The notes under the pieces were generated by a model that did no database searches, was not told the origin of the DNA, and was given only the letters and a program-made list of their open reading frames with translations. The position numbers and the translations under genes are program-made. Positions 9,014-18,625 of a stretch of 64,000 bases of DNA are shown in pieces (the first letter of the stretch is position 1; each line of letters opens with the position of its first letter). Source of the DNA: Candidatus Levyibacteriota bacterium (GTDB lineage Bacteria; Patescibacteriota; Microgenomatia; Levybacterales; UBA12049); the NCBI GenBank assembly GCA_029260905.1, contig JAJDCH010000012.1, positions 2,249-66,248 of the forward strand. Direction: 5' to 3'.

Positions 9014-10900
9014 TTAATAAAGCACACGAAGTTTTATAGTTCCTTTTATCTCAGATAATTTTTTAATAATTTCTTTGTTATAACCTGTATTAACATCAGA
9101 TATTACATATCCTATTTCATTTTTTGTCTTAAGGTATTGTCCCAATATATTAACATTTCCTTTCGCAAGAACTGTATTTATTTTTGAAAGAACACCTGGA
9201 ATATTTTTATGAATATGTATGAGCCTATGTGCATTTGGATAATCTGGGAGTTGAAGTTCAGGAAAGTTAACACTAAGCATCGTGCTTCCGTTATCAATAA
9301 ACTGCATTAATTTTTTACCAACAAACTCTCCTATATTTCTTTGCGCTTCAATTGTTGATCCACCAATATGTGGTGTGAGAATTACATTTGATATTTGCTG
9401 AAGCGGACTAAAAAAAGAATCATTATTCCCCCTTGGCTCTTCCGGAAATACATCAATTGCTGCGCCTGCAATTCTTCCTGACCCTAACACCTGTTCAAGT
9501 GCTGATATATCTACCACATGACCTCTGCTTGCATTAATAAAAAGTGCATTTTTTTTCATTAATGCAAATTCATTCTTGCCTATTAGGTTTGAATTACTTT
9601 TTGCACCATCAACATGAATTGTTACCACATCTGAAATTTTTAAAAGCTCATTAAGACTACTGCATTTTTTTGCATTACCAAGCGTCAATTTTTCCTGAAT
9701 GTCATAAAAAACAACATCCATTCCAAGTGTTTCTGCAACAACAGAAAGTTGTGTTCCTATATTTCCATATCCAACGATACCAAGCGTTTTACCACGGACT
9801 TCATGAGAATTCTTGGCAGACTTATCCCAAATACCTTTGTGAGCATTTAAACTTTTTTCAAAAAGTTGTCTATAAAGAAGAATAATTTCAGCAATTACCA
9901 TCTCTACCACAGACCTTGTATTGGAATATGGCGCATTAAAAACTGCAACGCCCTGATTAAGAGCGACCTGAAGATCAATCTGATTTGTTCCTATACAAAA
10001 CGCGCCAATTGCAAGAAGTTTTTTTGCTTTTTTGAAAACTTTTTCTGTGACATCTGTTTTGGATCTTATTCCAAGAATTGAAACGTCTTCAATTTTTTTT
10101 AAAAGGTCATCCTCACTTAAAGCTGTTTTTAAAAAATCTACTGCGTAGCCTTCATTTCTAAATGTTGCAACTGTTTTTTGTTCAATGTTTTCTAAAAGAA
10201 GAACTTTCATTTTACTTTTTGGGTATGAAAAAGCTCTTGGCATATTTAACATAAATAAAAACTCATCAAAACTTGATATTTTTTCATCTGCGACATCTAT
10301 GACATTTTTTCTCTTGATATTTTCCGTAAAAGCAATAAATTTATATGCAAGTCCTTCTTTTTTTATTTCATAATCCGTGTACCCATCACCTATTATGTAG
10401 GTTGTTCCTTTTAAGTCTAATTTTCTTACGGCTTTTACTTTACCTTTCTCTTTTGATAACAACATTTTCTTATCAAATCCTATTACTTTTTGTTTCTTGT
10501 TATAAATAAATTTATTTGCTAATACATGATTTTTTTTAATACCAAAGTCTTTAAGAATAGGAACAATATATTCTTCAAAACCACCAGATATTACATAAAT
10601 ATTTTTACTGTTTTCTACAAAAAAATGCTTATTTCTGATAATAGATTTTGAGATTTGCTTTTCCAAATTTTTTCTTAGAATTTCAATGTCTTTCATTGTC
10701 GGATTAAAAAGTAAAAGTCTTTTTTGAAGAGAAGTTGGGAAGTCAATTTTCCCTTCCATTCCCTGTTTTGTTATCTTTTTTATATTTGCTACAATTTTTG
10801 ATTTATTTGGGTTATTTTTAAGTACTATTTTTGAAAGCTCATCCAAAGATTCAACTTTTATAAAAGTGCTATCAAAATCAATAATAAAATTAATATTCAT
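9014..10900 (-). CDS. serA: Phosphoserine phosphatase (HAD, SerB-like) fused to D-3-phosphoglycerate dehydrogenase with ACT domain
   Basis: N-terminal DFDST, SGGF, IGDGYTD; then LGIRSKT, GAFCIGTNQID, GIVGYGNIG, NASRG, LTPHIGGST, ACT HIHKNIPGVL. Confidence 0.92.
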   Translation of the reverse strand: MNINFIIDFDSTFIKVESLDELSKIVLKNNPNKSKIVANIKKITKQGMEGKIDFPTSLQKRLLLFNPTMKDIEILRKNLEKQISKSIIRNKHFFVENSKNIYVISGGFEEYIVPILKDFGIKKNHVLANKFIYNKKQKVIGFDKKMLLSKEKGKVKAVRKLDLKGTTYIIGDGYTDYEIKKEGLAYKFIAFTENIKRKNVIDVADEKISSFDEFLFMLNMPRAFSYPKSKMKVLLLENIEQKTVATFRNEGYAVDFLKTALSEDDLLKKIEDVSILGIRSKTDVTEKVFKKAKKLLAIGAFCIGTNQIDLQVALNQGVAVFNAPYSNTRSVVEMVIAEIILLYRQLFEKSLNAHKGIWDKSAKNSHEVRGKTLGIVGYGNIGTQLSVVAETLGMDVVFYDIQEKLTLGNAKKCSSLNELLKISDVVTIHVDGAKSNSNLIGKNEFALMKKNALFINASRGHVVDISALEQVLGSGRIAGAAIDVFPEEPRGNNDSFFSPLQQISNVILTPHIGGSTIEAQRNIGEFVGKKLMQFIDNGSTMLSVNFPELQLPDYPNAHRLIHIHKNIPGVLSKINTVLAKGNVNILGQYLKTKNEIGYVISDVNTGYNKEIIKKLSEIKGTIKLRVLY

Positions 10901-10902
10901 AT

Positions 10903-12288
10903 TTAATCTAAAAATATTTTACCAGGATTTAAAATTTCTTTTGGATCAAAAAGTTTTTTTATTTTTTTCATAAGAGACAAACTTGTCGGGTATTCTATTG
11001 GAAGATATTTCCTTTTTCCTATTCCTATTCCATGCTCACCGGAAGTTGTTCCACTTATTTTTATAGCATACTTAATCAGCTCTTCATTTAGGCTTATTGC
11101 TTTATCAAAGCTTTTTTTATTATCTTTTTCATAAAGCGCCCAGTCATGAAAATTTCCATCTCCTAGGTGACCGAAAATAATTGTTGGGATTTTGTATTTT
11201 TTTGAAAGAGAATCTGTCTTTTTCAAAAAATTAAAAAGTTTTGATATGGGCAATCCAACTTCAGCTGCGAGTATTGCTTTTGTGGGATAAATTTCTTGAA
11301 GAACTGTTCTTCCAGCTTTTCTATACTTCCAGAGTTTTTTAAGCGACTCCTCAGCAATATAATCTTTTTCAAAAGTAGGATTAAAAACTTGCATTTGTTT
11401 TTTTAAAAAATTCATTTTTTCTAAAACTGTTTTTTCATTTCCATGAAACTGAACAATAAGTGATGGATTTGCAGGAATTGTAAATCCTTTTGCCTTACCG
11501 ATATAACTTATATAGACACTATCCATGAACTCCATCGCGGCTGGTTCAAGATCAGATTTCAAAATATTAAGCGCAGCACTCGTACATAACTTTATATTTT
11601 TAAATGAAATAAGCTTGGCAACTTTTTTATCTGGAACTGATAAAAGCTTAAGAACTGCTTCTGTTATAATACCAAGTGTTCCTTCTGATCCGATAAATAA
11701 TTTTTTTAAATCATAACCTGTCACACTTTTAAATGACCTGCTTCCTGTCTCGATTATTTGCCCATCTGCCATCACAATTTTAAGCTTCAAGACCCAATCA
11801 CCGACTACTCCATAAGCCACAGCATGCATCCCTCCTGCGTTATTGGCAATCATCCCTCCAACAGTTGCTATATTGCTACTACCTGGTGCAGGGGGAAAAA
11901 ATAATTTATATTTTTTTAATTTTTGATTAAGTATGTCTCCAACAATTCCTGGCTGAACGACCACCTGAAAATCTTCTTTATAGATTTTGATGATCTTGTT
12001 CATTCGAGTCATATCAAGAACTATCCCGCCTTTTACAGGAATAGGATTGCCCTCAGTACTTGATCCACCACCCCAAGGAGTAACAAAAATACTGTTTTTA
12101 TTTGCAATCTTCATGACCGCACTTACTTCTTCTGTTTTTTTGGGCCAGATCACAACTTCTGGATTTTTGGCTGGGTGAAATGACCAATCCTTGGAATGAG
12201 CTACCAAATCCTTAGCACTTGTTGAGATATATTTTTTACCAACTATGTTTTCAATTTTTCTTATCAGAAAGGGAGTTAATTTATTCAT
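10903..12288 (-). CDS. FAD-linked oxidase, GlcD/D-lactate/D-2-hydroxyglutarate dehydrogenase family
   Basis: PWGGGSSTEG, ATVGGMIANNAGG, GYDLKKLFIGSEGTLGIIT, GHLGDGNFH, SGEHGIG, FDPKEILNPGK. Confidence 0.9.
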   Translation of the reverse strand: MNKLTPFLIRKIENIVGKKYISTSAKDLVAHSKDWSFHPAKNPEVVIWPKKTEEVSAVMKIANKNSIFVTPWGGGSSTEGNPIPVKGGIVLDMTRMNKIIKIYKEDFQVVVQPGIVGDILNQKLKKYKLFFPPAPGSSNIATVGGMIANNAGGMHAVAYGVVGDWVLKLKIVMADGQIIETGSRSFKSVTGYDLKKLFIGSEGTLGIITEAVLKLLSVPDKKVAKLISFKNIKLCTSAALNILKSDLEPAAMEFMDSVYISYIGKAKGFTIPANPSLIVQFHGNEKTVLEKMNFLKKQMQVFNPTFEKDYIAEESLKKLWKYRKAGRTVLQEIYPTKAILAAEVGLPISKLFNFLKKTDSLSKKYKIPTIIFGHLGDGNFHDWALYEKDNKKSFDKAISLNEELIKYAIKISGTTSGEHGIGIGKRKYLPIEYPTSLSLMKKIKKLFDPKEILNPGKIFLD

Positions 12289-12408
12289 AAACAAAAAAAG
12301 GGGGACAGCGCTAAGTATCTATAATGTTATTATATTGGTAATAAGAAATAAATACAAATCATTAAATATGCTTGTATTATACTATAAGTTTTGCTATACT
12401 CTGAAATC

Positions 12409-12978
12409 ATGGTTGAACGCGCAGAAACAAAATCACCAAAAACATTTTTTCAAATCGAAGGAGTTCCACACATAAAACAAAAAAAGGGTCCTTGGTGTGG
12501 ATACACAAGTCTTGCAATGGTATTACAACACCTTGGCCATTCCCAAATAACACCTGATGTTGTTTTTAATCATATTTATCCTGATATCCCTCCAGATCAT
12601 GACTGGAGACATCCTCCGCTCGCACCAAGCATAGATACACTTGCCTTAGTGGCCAAAGAACTAAAACCAGAAGTGGTTTCTCACCTATTTACCAGAAAAA
12701 TATATAAAGCTCTTCAACAAAATAAAGGTCTTTCGCCCTCTGAAACCCTTAGAACGTTTATAAATAAAGGTGTCCCCCCAATCATAAGAACACCAGGACA
12801 TTTTATGGTTGTAACTGGAATGAATCTTACTGATAAAACGTATAGAGTTAACGATCCTGTGTGGAGTCGACCTCGTTGGATTTCAGCAAAGGAACTCGAA
12901 GAAAACTGGTCACGAAGTAGTAGTATTTATACCAGAACAGATAAAAATTTAATGCTTGTAATCCGCCCAGCAAAATAA
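12409..12978 (+). CDS. C39-like cysteine peptidase
   Basis: Q....WCG...LAMVL, GHFMVVTG, VNDP (Cys-His-Asp); TGcTATACT 8 nt before ATG 12409. Confidence 0.7.
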   Translation: MVERAETKSPKTFFQIEGVPHIKQKKGPWCGYTSLAMVLQHLGHSQITPDVVFNHIYPDIPPDHDWRHPPLAPSIDTLALVAKELKPEVVSHLFTRKIYKALQQNKGLSPSETLRTFINKGVPPIIRTPGHFMVVTGMNLTDKTYRVNDPVWSRPRWISAKELEENWSRSSSIYTRTDKNLMLVIRPAK

Positions 12979-14145
12979 TCAATTTCTCTGTCTGAGGAAT
13001 GCGGGGATGTCCCAGTCGTCTTCTGGCGTGTCTTCCTTTTTATCTTGCGCACCGTTTCCTTGCTGAGGCTGCTGATTATTATTAAAATTTATAGGATCTT
13101 GCTGTTGTTGAGACTGATTCTCAGTCAACATGGATGGAGACTTGACCTCTGGCTCAGGCTGCTCCACCATAAATTGCTGAAGACGTTGTTTGTTTTGATC
13201 AAATCCTGTTGCAACAACAGTGATCCTTATTTGATCACGCATCGTTTCATCAATTGTTGCTCCAAAAATAATGTTAGCATCTGGATCTGCAGCATTTGAA
13301 ATAATCTTTGCTGCCTCATCTACCTCAGTCATAGTCAAATCCTCACCACCAACTATATTAAACAGAACGCCCCTTGCGCCTTCCATTGAGATCTCAAGAA
13401 GTGGCGAAGAAATCGCAGAGCGCGCTGCTGTTTGAGCCCTATTCTCACCAATTCCTGTTCCAATTCCCATCAAAGATGATCCTGCCTCAGACATAATAGT
13501 ACGGACATCAGCAAAGTCAACATTAATAAGTCCTGGAAGTGTGATTATTTCAGAAATTCCTTGCACGCCCTGTGAGAGCACGCTATCTGCTACTCTAAAA
13601 GCATCAACAAGCGATAATTTGCGATCAACTACGTCTAAGATTCTTTGGTTTGGGATAACAATAAGCGTATCAACCTTATCCTTAAGACTTTCTATTCCTT
13701 CTTCAGCTGCGACCATTCTTCTTGTTCCTTCAAAAAGAAAAGGCTTTGTAACAACTGCTATTGTCAATGCGCCGATCTCTTTTGCAATCTCAGCTATTTT
13801 GGCTGTTGCGCCAGTGCCTGTTCCGCCCCCCATACCAGCTGTTAAGAAAACCATATCTGATCCATCAAGAATTTGTTTTATTTTCTCTGCTGATTCTTCA
13901 GCCGCTTGCCTTCCCATCTCAGGATCCCCACCCGATCCAAGACCTTTAGTGATATTCTCACCGATTTGAATTTTGGTATCTGCTTTGTTGAGAAGAAGAG
14001 CTTGTGCATCTGTATTTACTGAAACAAAGTCAACGCCTTGAATGCTGCCATGTGAGATCATGGAGCCAACTGCATTTCCTCCTCCACCACCTATACCGAC
14101 TACTCTTATTTTGGCAAAATTACTTGATTGGGGTCTAATTAACAT
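12979..14145 (-). CDS. ftsZ: Cell division protein FtsZ
   Basis: [25 protein letters not shown]-terminal DIPAFLR. Confidence 0.98.
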   Translation of the reverse strand: MLIRPQSSNFAKIRVVGIGGGGGNAVGSMISHGSIQGVDFVSVNTDAQALLLNKADTKIQIGENITKGLGSGGDPEMGRQAAEESAEKIKQILDGSDMVFLTAGMGGGTGTGATAKIAEIAKEIGALTIAVVTKPFLFEGTRRMVAAEEGIESLKDKVDTLIVIPNQRILDVVDRKLSLVDAFRVADSVLSQGVQGISEIITLPGLINVDFADVRTIMSEAGSSLMGIGTGIGENRAQTAARSAISSPLLEISMEGARGVLFNIVGGEDLTMTEVDEAAKIISNAADPDANIIFGATIDETMRDQIRITVVATGFDQNKQRLQQFMVEQPEPEVKSPSMLTENQSQQQQDPINFNNNQQPQQGNGAQDKKEDTPEDDWDIPAFLRQRN

Positions 14146-14246
14146 ATAGTGTCTATATCAATCAAATCCTACCAGATGTAGATATCAATTGCAAGATAGT
14201 AAATTGAGGCTCTGCTTGATATAATCAGAAAAACTAATGGAAATGT

Positions 14247-14579
14247 TTAGAACTTTGATGGGGTGGTGATGCCAACTTCTTCTTCCAGCACTTCAATTCT
14301 TTTTCTATGATTCTCTAGTCCCACAAATACATCCTGAATTAAATTACCCAAATCTTCTGATTCCTGCATAATAACATTTTCCAATTTTTCTTCTAAGGAA
14401 TTTATCTCTTCAGATATTTTCTTGCCTATCCTTGCTTCTGAAGCTTTAATCTCAGTTGAAATTTTATTGCTCATTCTTGCTTCTGAGGCACTGATCTTTT
14501 TTGAAGTGCTTTCGTCAGATTTATCAAAGAGCTCCTGAAGTTGTTTTACTTGCTGAACACTAAACATCGTATTATCCAA
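14247..14579 (-). CDS. Hypothetical coiled-coil protein with an internal 15-aa repeat
   Basis: ISASEARMSNKISTE / IKASEARIGKKISEE; sits between ftsA and ftsZ. Confidence 0.65.
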   Translation of the reverse strand: MDNTMFSVQQVKQLQELFDKSDESTSKKISASEARMSNKISTEIKASEARIGKKISEEINSLEEKLENVIMQESEDLGNLIQDVFVGLENHRKRIEVLEEEVGITTPSKF

Positions 14580-14626
14580 TATAAACGCTAGGGGTAAAAA
14601 TTACAAGAGATAAAACCGTATCAATT

Positions 14627-15922
14627 TTAAGGAATGAAGGATTTGATGATATTGAAAGCTTTTTTAAAAATCTTACTTATCCCACCCATTCCTTTTGGAA
14701 TAGGAAGACGAAAACTTGATCCACCACCACTACTATTTCTCGCACCATATTGAATAAGACCAATCGCAGTTGAAAAAGCAGGATGTGAAATCTCATCAAC
14801 AATTCCTTTTAAGTTGCTTGGAACGCCAATCCTAACAGGCATTGCTAAAGTTCGCTTTGCAGATTCCTTAATGCCTGCAGTGAGTGCCCCCCCACCAGTT
14901 AAAACAATTCCAGCTGGTGTTTGTCCTGCAAAACCAGATTTTTTAATCTCCATTCCAATCATTGTACATATTTCATTGAGGCGTGGTTTGATTATCCCTT
15001 CAACCAATGTTTTTTGTGAAACTTTTCTAATCTCCTCTGATAGATTTAGGTGTGTCAGATCAATCTCATCAGATGGTCTTCTCTCTTTTTCTTCCCCATC
15101 CTCTGATTCATCCGGAACTACTATAGTTCTCTTGCTCGGGTCTTGTGAAAGAAAAAGCTTTATTTTTTCCGCTGATTCAAGTGAAATGCGAAGTCCTATT
15201 GCGAGATCATTTGTAACATGACGAGATCCAATTGCCAAAACAGATGAATACGCAACTGATCCTTCTACATAAATAGAAATGTCCGTTGTTCCAGCACCAA
15301 TATCAACCAGTATCACTCCCAACTCTTTTTCAGTATCTGACAAAACTGCAAGAGACGATGCATAACCTGAAAACGCGAAACTATCAACATCAACTCCCAC
15401 CTCAGAAAAGGCTTTGTCCATGTTTCTAATTGATACAGAGTTGGCTGTAATAATATGCGTATCTACTTCAAGACGTGTCCCTGACATACCAGTTGGATCT
15501 TTAATCCCTTCCTGACCATCAACTATATAATTTCTTGGAAGAACATGAACAATATCACGAGTTGATGGGAGAGAGACTGCCTTTGCAGCATCGATAACAC
15601 GTGCTAGATCCTGATTTGATATCTCAGCTTGAGGATTGGAAACAGCAACTACCCCACGAGAATTTTGACATTCGATTTGTGATCCACCAATTGATGCAAA
15701 GACGTGAGATGCAGAATATCCTGCCATTCTTTCTGCAGATTCCAAAGAATTATTAATAACACCAACTGCTTCTTCTATGTCAACAACTTGACCCTTTCTT
15801 ATTCCTTTGGATTTTACCTCTGAAGCACCAAGAATATTTACAATATTCTCAGTTACCTTCGCAATAACTGTTACTGCTTTGTATGTGCCGACATCAATTC
15901 CTACTATAATCTTTCCATCCAT
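14627..15922 (-). CDS. ftsA: Cell division protein FtsA
   Basis: GIDVGT, AERMAG, VDIGAGTTDI, GIVLTGGGA. Confidence 0.97.
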   Translation of the reverse strand: MDGKIIVGIDVGTYKAVTVIAKVTENIVNILGASEVKSKGIRKGQVVDIEEAVGVINNSLESAERMAGYSASHVFASIGGSQIECQNSRGVVAVSNPQAEISNQDLARVIDAAKAVSLPSTRDIVHVLPRNYIVDGQEGIKDPTGMSGTRLEVDTHIITANSVSIRNMDKAFSEVGVDVDSFAFSGYASSLAVLSDTEKELGVILVDIGAGTTDISIYVEGSVAYSSVLAIGSRHVTNDLAIGLRISLESAEKIKLFLSQDPSKRTIVVPDESEDGEEKERRPSDEIDLTHLNLSEEIRKVSQKTLVEGIIKPRLNEICTMIGMEIKKSGFAGQTPAGIVLTGGGALTAGIKESAKRTLAMPVRIGVPSNLKGIVDEISHPAFSTAIGLIQYGARNSSGGGSSFRLPIPKGMGGISKIFKKAFNIIKSFIP

Positions 15923-15924
15923 AT

Positions 15925-16353
15925 TTATTTTTCTTTTATGACTGGTTTATCAAAACGCAAATCAAGACTCGTAAAGAGCTTACCTTCCATTTTAAGCCTT
16001 GTAAGCATGAATTGTAAAGAGGCGATTTGATCCCTCAGCCTCTTAACACTTGATAAAATAATAATTGATCCATCTTTTAACTCAATTATAAAGGCTTCAT
16101 CCTTTATTGTGACCTCCTTGTAGTCAATTTTTTCCTTTTCCAAAAGAAGCTCTAACTCGTTAATTCCTTGCGTATTATCTGATGATTTAGCTGATAAAAC
16201 ATCAGCAAGCGGACTAATAAAGTAAGTTTTATTATCAAAATTTGAAAAATAAAAAAAACCTGAAATAAAAATCAAAAAAGATCCAAGAAAAATTCCTAGT
16301 GTTTTGAGAAGTTTTTTTAACTTTCTTTTGTTCTTAAGACCTTTTTTCTGCAT
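15925..16353 (-). CDS. Short FtsQ/DivIB-like protein (no POTRA domain evident)
   Basis: Basic N-terminus, one TM, C-terminal DLRFDKPVI; located between murG and ftsA. Confidence 0.6.
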   Translation of the reverse strand: MQKKGLKNKRKLKKLLKTLGIFLGSFLIFISGFFYFSNFDNKTYFISPLADVLSAKSSDNTQGINELELLLEKEKIDYKEVTIKDEAFIIELKDGSIIILSSVKRLRDQIASLQFMLTRLKMEGKLFTSLDLRFDKPVIKEK

Positions 16354-17446
16354 ATATAATATCTATTATTTTATCAGCAGCATCTTTACTTACAAGTGCT
16401 TTAGCTTTTTCAGCACTTTCTTGATAAACATTTAGGCTTTTGAGCATTTGCTTTATTTTTTTAAAAAGCTTTAGCGGTGTGATGTCTTTTTGCTCTATCA
16501 CTTCAGCAATGCCTGTTTTTTGAACAAACTCCGCATTGGTAAGCTGTTCGTTTTTTTGTCCATATGGAAGCGGGATAAAAAGAGAAGTTTTTCCGAGCGA
16601 CAAGATCTCACTAACAATATTTATACCAGATCTTGAAACAACTAAATCTGCATAATTTAAATAATTTAAAATCTCATCAGGATCAGCAAATTTCAAAATT
16701 TTATATCTATCCCGCAAATCATCTTTTAAATTCTTCTTTAACTCTGAAAGTCTTTCAAAATCTTTATATTTCCTGGCGTCTCCTGTTTGATGAATTACAT
16801 TGTAATTTTGTAGCAAATCATTCAGACATCCCTCAATCAGAAGATTCAGATCATGCGCTCCGGCACTTCCACCAGTAACAAAAACTACAGGTAAATGACT
16901 GTTTGCCGTTTGCCATTTTCCTTTTTTTATTTGCTTGCTACGTATCGGATTTCCGGTTAAAACTGTTTTTTCTTTGGAAAAAAATCTGGCTGATTGCTCC
17001 CATGAAATAAGAATCTTGCTTGCAAACCGTGAAGTTTCTTTACTTGTAATTCCAGCACCTAGTGTTTGTTCGTGAACAACAATTGGAATTCCTCGAAAAT
17101 AGCCAGCAGCACAAATCGGATAAGCGACATAACCGCCAAAGGAAAGAACCACATCTGGCTTAAAACTTGAAATAATTTTAACTGCTTGAAAAAATCCAAA
17201 AGGAATTTTTATAAAAGACCTCATTGCTTCAAAACTAATCTTTCTCTGGATTCTTCCTGTTGCAAGCGGCTTAAAATTAATACCAAGCTTTTTGGAAGTA
17301 ATATATTCAAAAGAAAGAGTCTTATCTGCTTCAAACGCATATTTTCGTCCTACCACCAAAAAATCAGCATCTTTGGGAAGTTTTTCAATAACTGAAAAAG
17401 CTGCAGCAAAATGCCCTCCACCTCCTGCAACAATAAGTACTCTCAT
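16334..17446 (-). CDS. murG: Undecaprenyl-PP-MurNAc-pentapeptide GlcNAc transferase
   Basis: GGGGGH, FGGYV, HEQ, TGNPIR, GGSAGA, SRSG, EQLTNA. Confidence 0.95.
   Translation of the reverse strand: MRVLIVAGGGGHFAAAFSVIEKLPKDADFLVVGRKYAFEADKTLSFEYITSKKLGINFKPLATGRIQRKISFEAMRSFIKIPFGFFQAVKIISSFKPDVVLSFGGYVAYPICAAGYFRGIPIVVHEQTLGAGITSKETSRFASKILISWEQSARFFSKEKTVLTGNPIRSKQIKKGKWQTANSHLPVVFVTGGSAGAHDLNLLIEGCLNDLLQNYNVIHQTGDARKYKDFERLSELKKNLKDDLRDRYKILKFADPDEILNYLNYADLVVSRSGINIVSEILSLGKTSLFIPLPYGQKNEQLTNAEFVQKTGIAEVIEQKDITPLKLFKKIKQMLKSLNVYQESAEKAKALVSKDAADKIIDIIYAEKRS
16899..16919. repeat. Degenerate heptamer array in murG
   Basis: ctgtttg ccgtttg ccatttt; encodes KWQTANS in the inter-domain linker. 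Confidence 0.55.
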
Positions 17447-17470
17447 ATTTTTGATTATAGCATCAAAAAT
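17447..17470. promoter_or_regulatory. Perfect 9-bp inverted repeat over the murG extended -10
   Basis: ATTTTTGAT-tatagc-ATCAAAAAT; minus strand reads TGcTATAAT, 7 nt, ATG. Confidence 0.55.
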
Positions 17471-17494
17471 GATAATTTCAGCTAATACCTGTAA

Positions 17495-18571
17495 TCAACT
17501 TTGATGATGTCCTTGTTTGGCGATATTTAACAGTATTCCAATTGATGCAATATCGACGATGAGGGCTGATCCGCCAAATGAAATGAACGGAAGAGGAACA
17601 CCAGTAAGTGGCAAAAGAGCTGTCATCGCGCCAAGGTTAATAATAATTTGAATACCAATAAAAGATGTAATTCCTGCTGCAAGAAGCTTTCCAAAGTTGT
17701 CTTTTGCGCGTGTTGCTATCACAAACCCCCTTGCAATAAGCGCAGCAAAAAAAAATACTAAAACTGCAGATCCCAAAAGCCCAAATTCCTCAGCAATAAT
17801 CGGGAAGATAGAATCGGTGACATTCTCTGGAAGATAATCATATTTCTGAATCGAGTTACCAATTCCTAGTCCAAATATCCCACCTGATCCCAGCGCAATT
17901 AAGATCTGTTTCACATGATAAGAAGTTCCCTCAAGTGATCTGTCAAGGTTAAGAAAACTAGTAAGCCTTGCCATACGGTATGGAGCTGATTTTATGAGAA
18001 GATATCCTATTCCAAAAGCAACTGGTGTAGCTACCACAAAATGCATTATACTTCCACCTGATAGAAAATAAATAACAGCTGCTTCAAAAAGTATAATTGC
18101 AGCTGTCCCCATATCGGGTTGCAGCATCACAAGCAATAAAACTGAACCGATCAAAAGTAGAAATGCAAAAAACCTGCCTTTCTCTTTTTTGGAAAACCAG
18201 GCAGATAAATAAATTGCCAGAGCAAGCTTGACAAACTCCGCAGGTTGCAATCTGAAAGAACCAAGATTTATCCAGCGTGATGCGCCCTTGGCGCTTGATC
18301 CTATCCCAGGTATAAAAACCAAAACAAGAATAAAAAGAGCAACAAGAAGTATTGGAATAGCAAGATTAAAAAATCTGTGATAATCAAAAAAGTAAAAAAA
18401 TAAAAGACCACTAAAACCAAGAAGAACCCAAACCAATTGATCTTTTATAAAATGGTACTTATCATTAAATATATTAAATCCAACAACAGAAGATGCGCTA
18501 TAAATCATCAAAAGTCCAAACACAACTAGTATAAAGACTACACCAAAAAGTAAAAAATCAAATTTCTTCAT
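17495..18571 (-). CDS. ftsW: SEDS peptidoglycan polymerase FtsW
   Basis: GASRWI, LQPAEFVK, QPDMGT, LPENVTDSIF, LPLTGVPLPFISFGGS. Confidence 0.95.
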   Translation of the reverse strand: MKKFDFLLFGVVFILVVFGLLMIYSASSVVGFNIFNDKYHFIKDQLVWVLLGFSGLLFFYFFDYHRFFNLAIPILLVALFILVLVFIPGIGSSAKGASRWINLGSFRLQPAEFVKLALAIYLSAWFSKKEKGRFFAFLLLIGSVLLLVMLQPDMGTAAIILFEAAVIYFLSGGSIMHFVVATPVAFGIGYLLIKSAPYRMARLTSFLNLDRSLEGTSYHVKQILIALGSGGIFGLGIGNSIQKYDYLPENVTDSIFPIIAEEFGLLGSAVLVFFFAALIARGFVIATRAKDNFGKLLAAGITSFIGIQIIINLGAMTALLPLTGVPLPFISFGGSALIVDIASIGILLNIAKQGHHQS

Positions 18572-18625
18572 AAAATACAGGAAGCCCCTTATATAATTCT
18601 ATAATAATTTGGATAAATATGTAAC

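Noticed and set aside
13045-15221. Antisense ORFs of 62-142 aa over ftsZ and ftsA (and similar ones elsewhere in the track)
   Set aside because: Shadow frames of conserved genes with no motifs or start signals.
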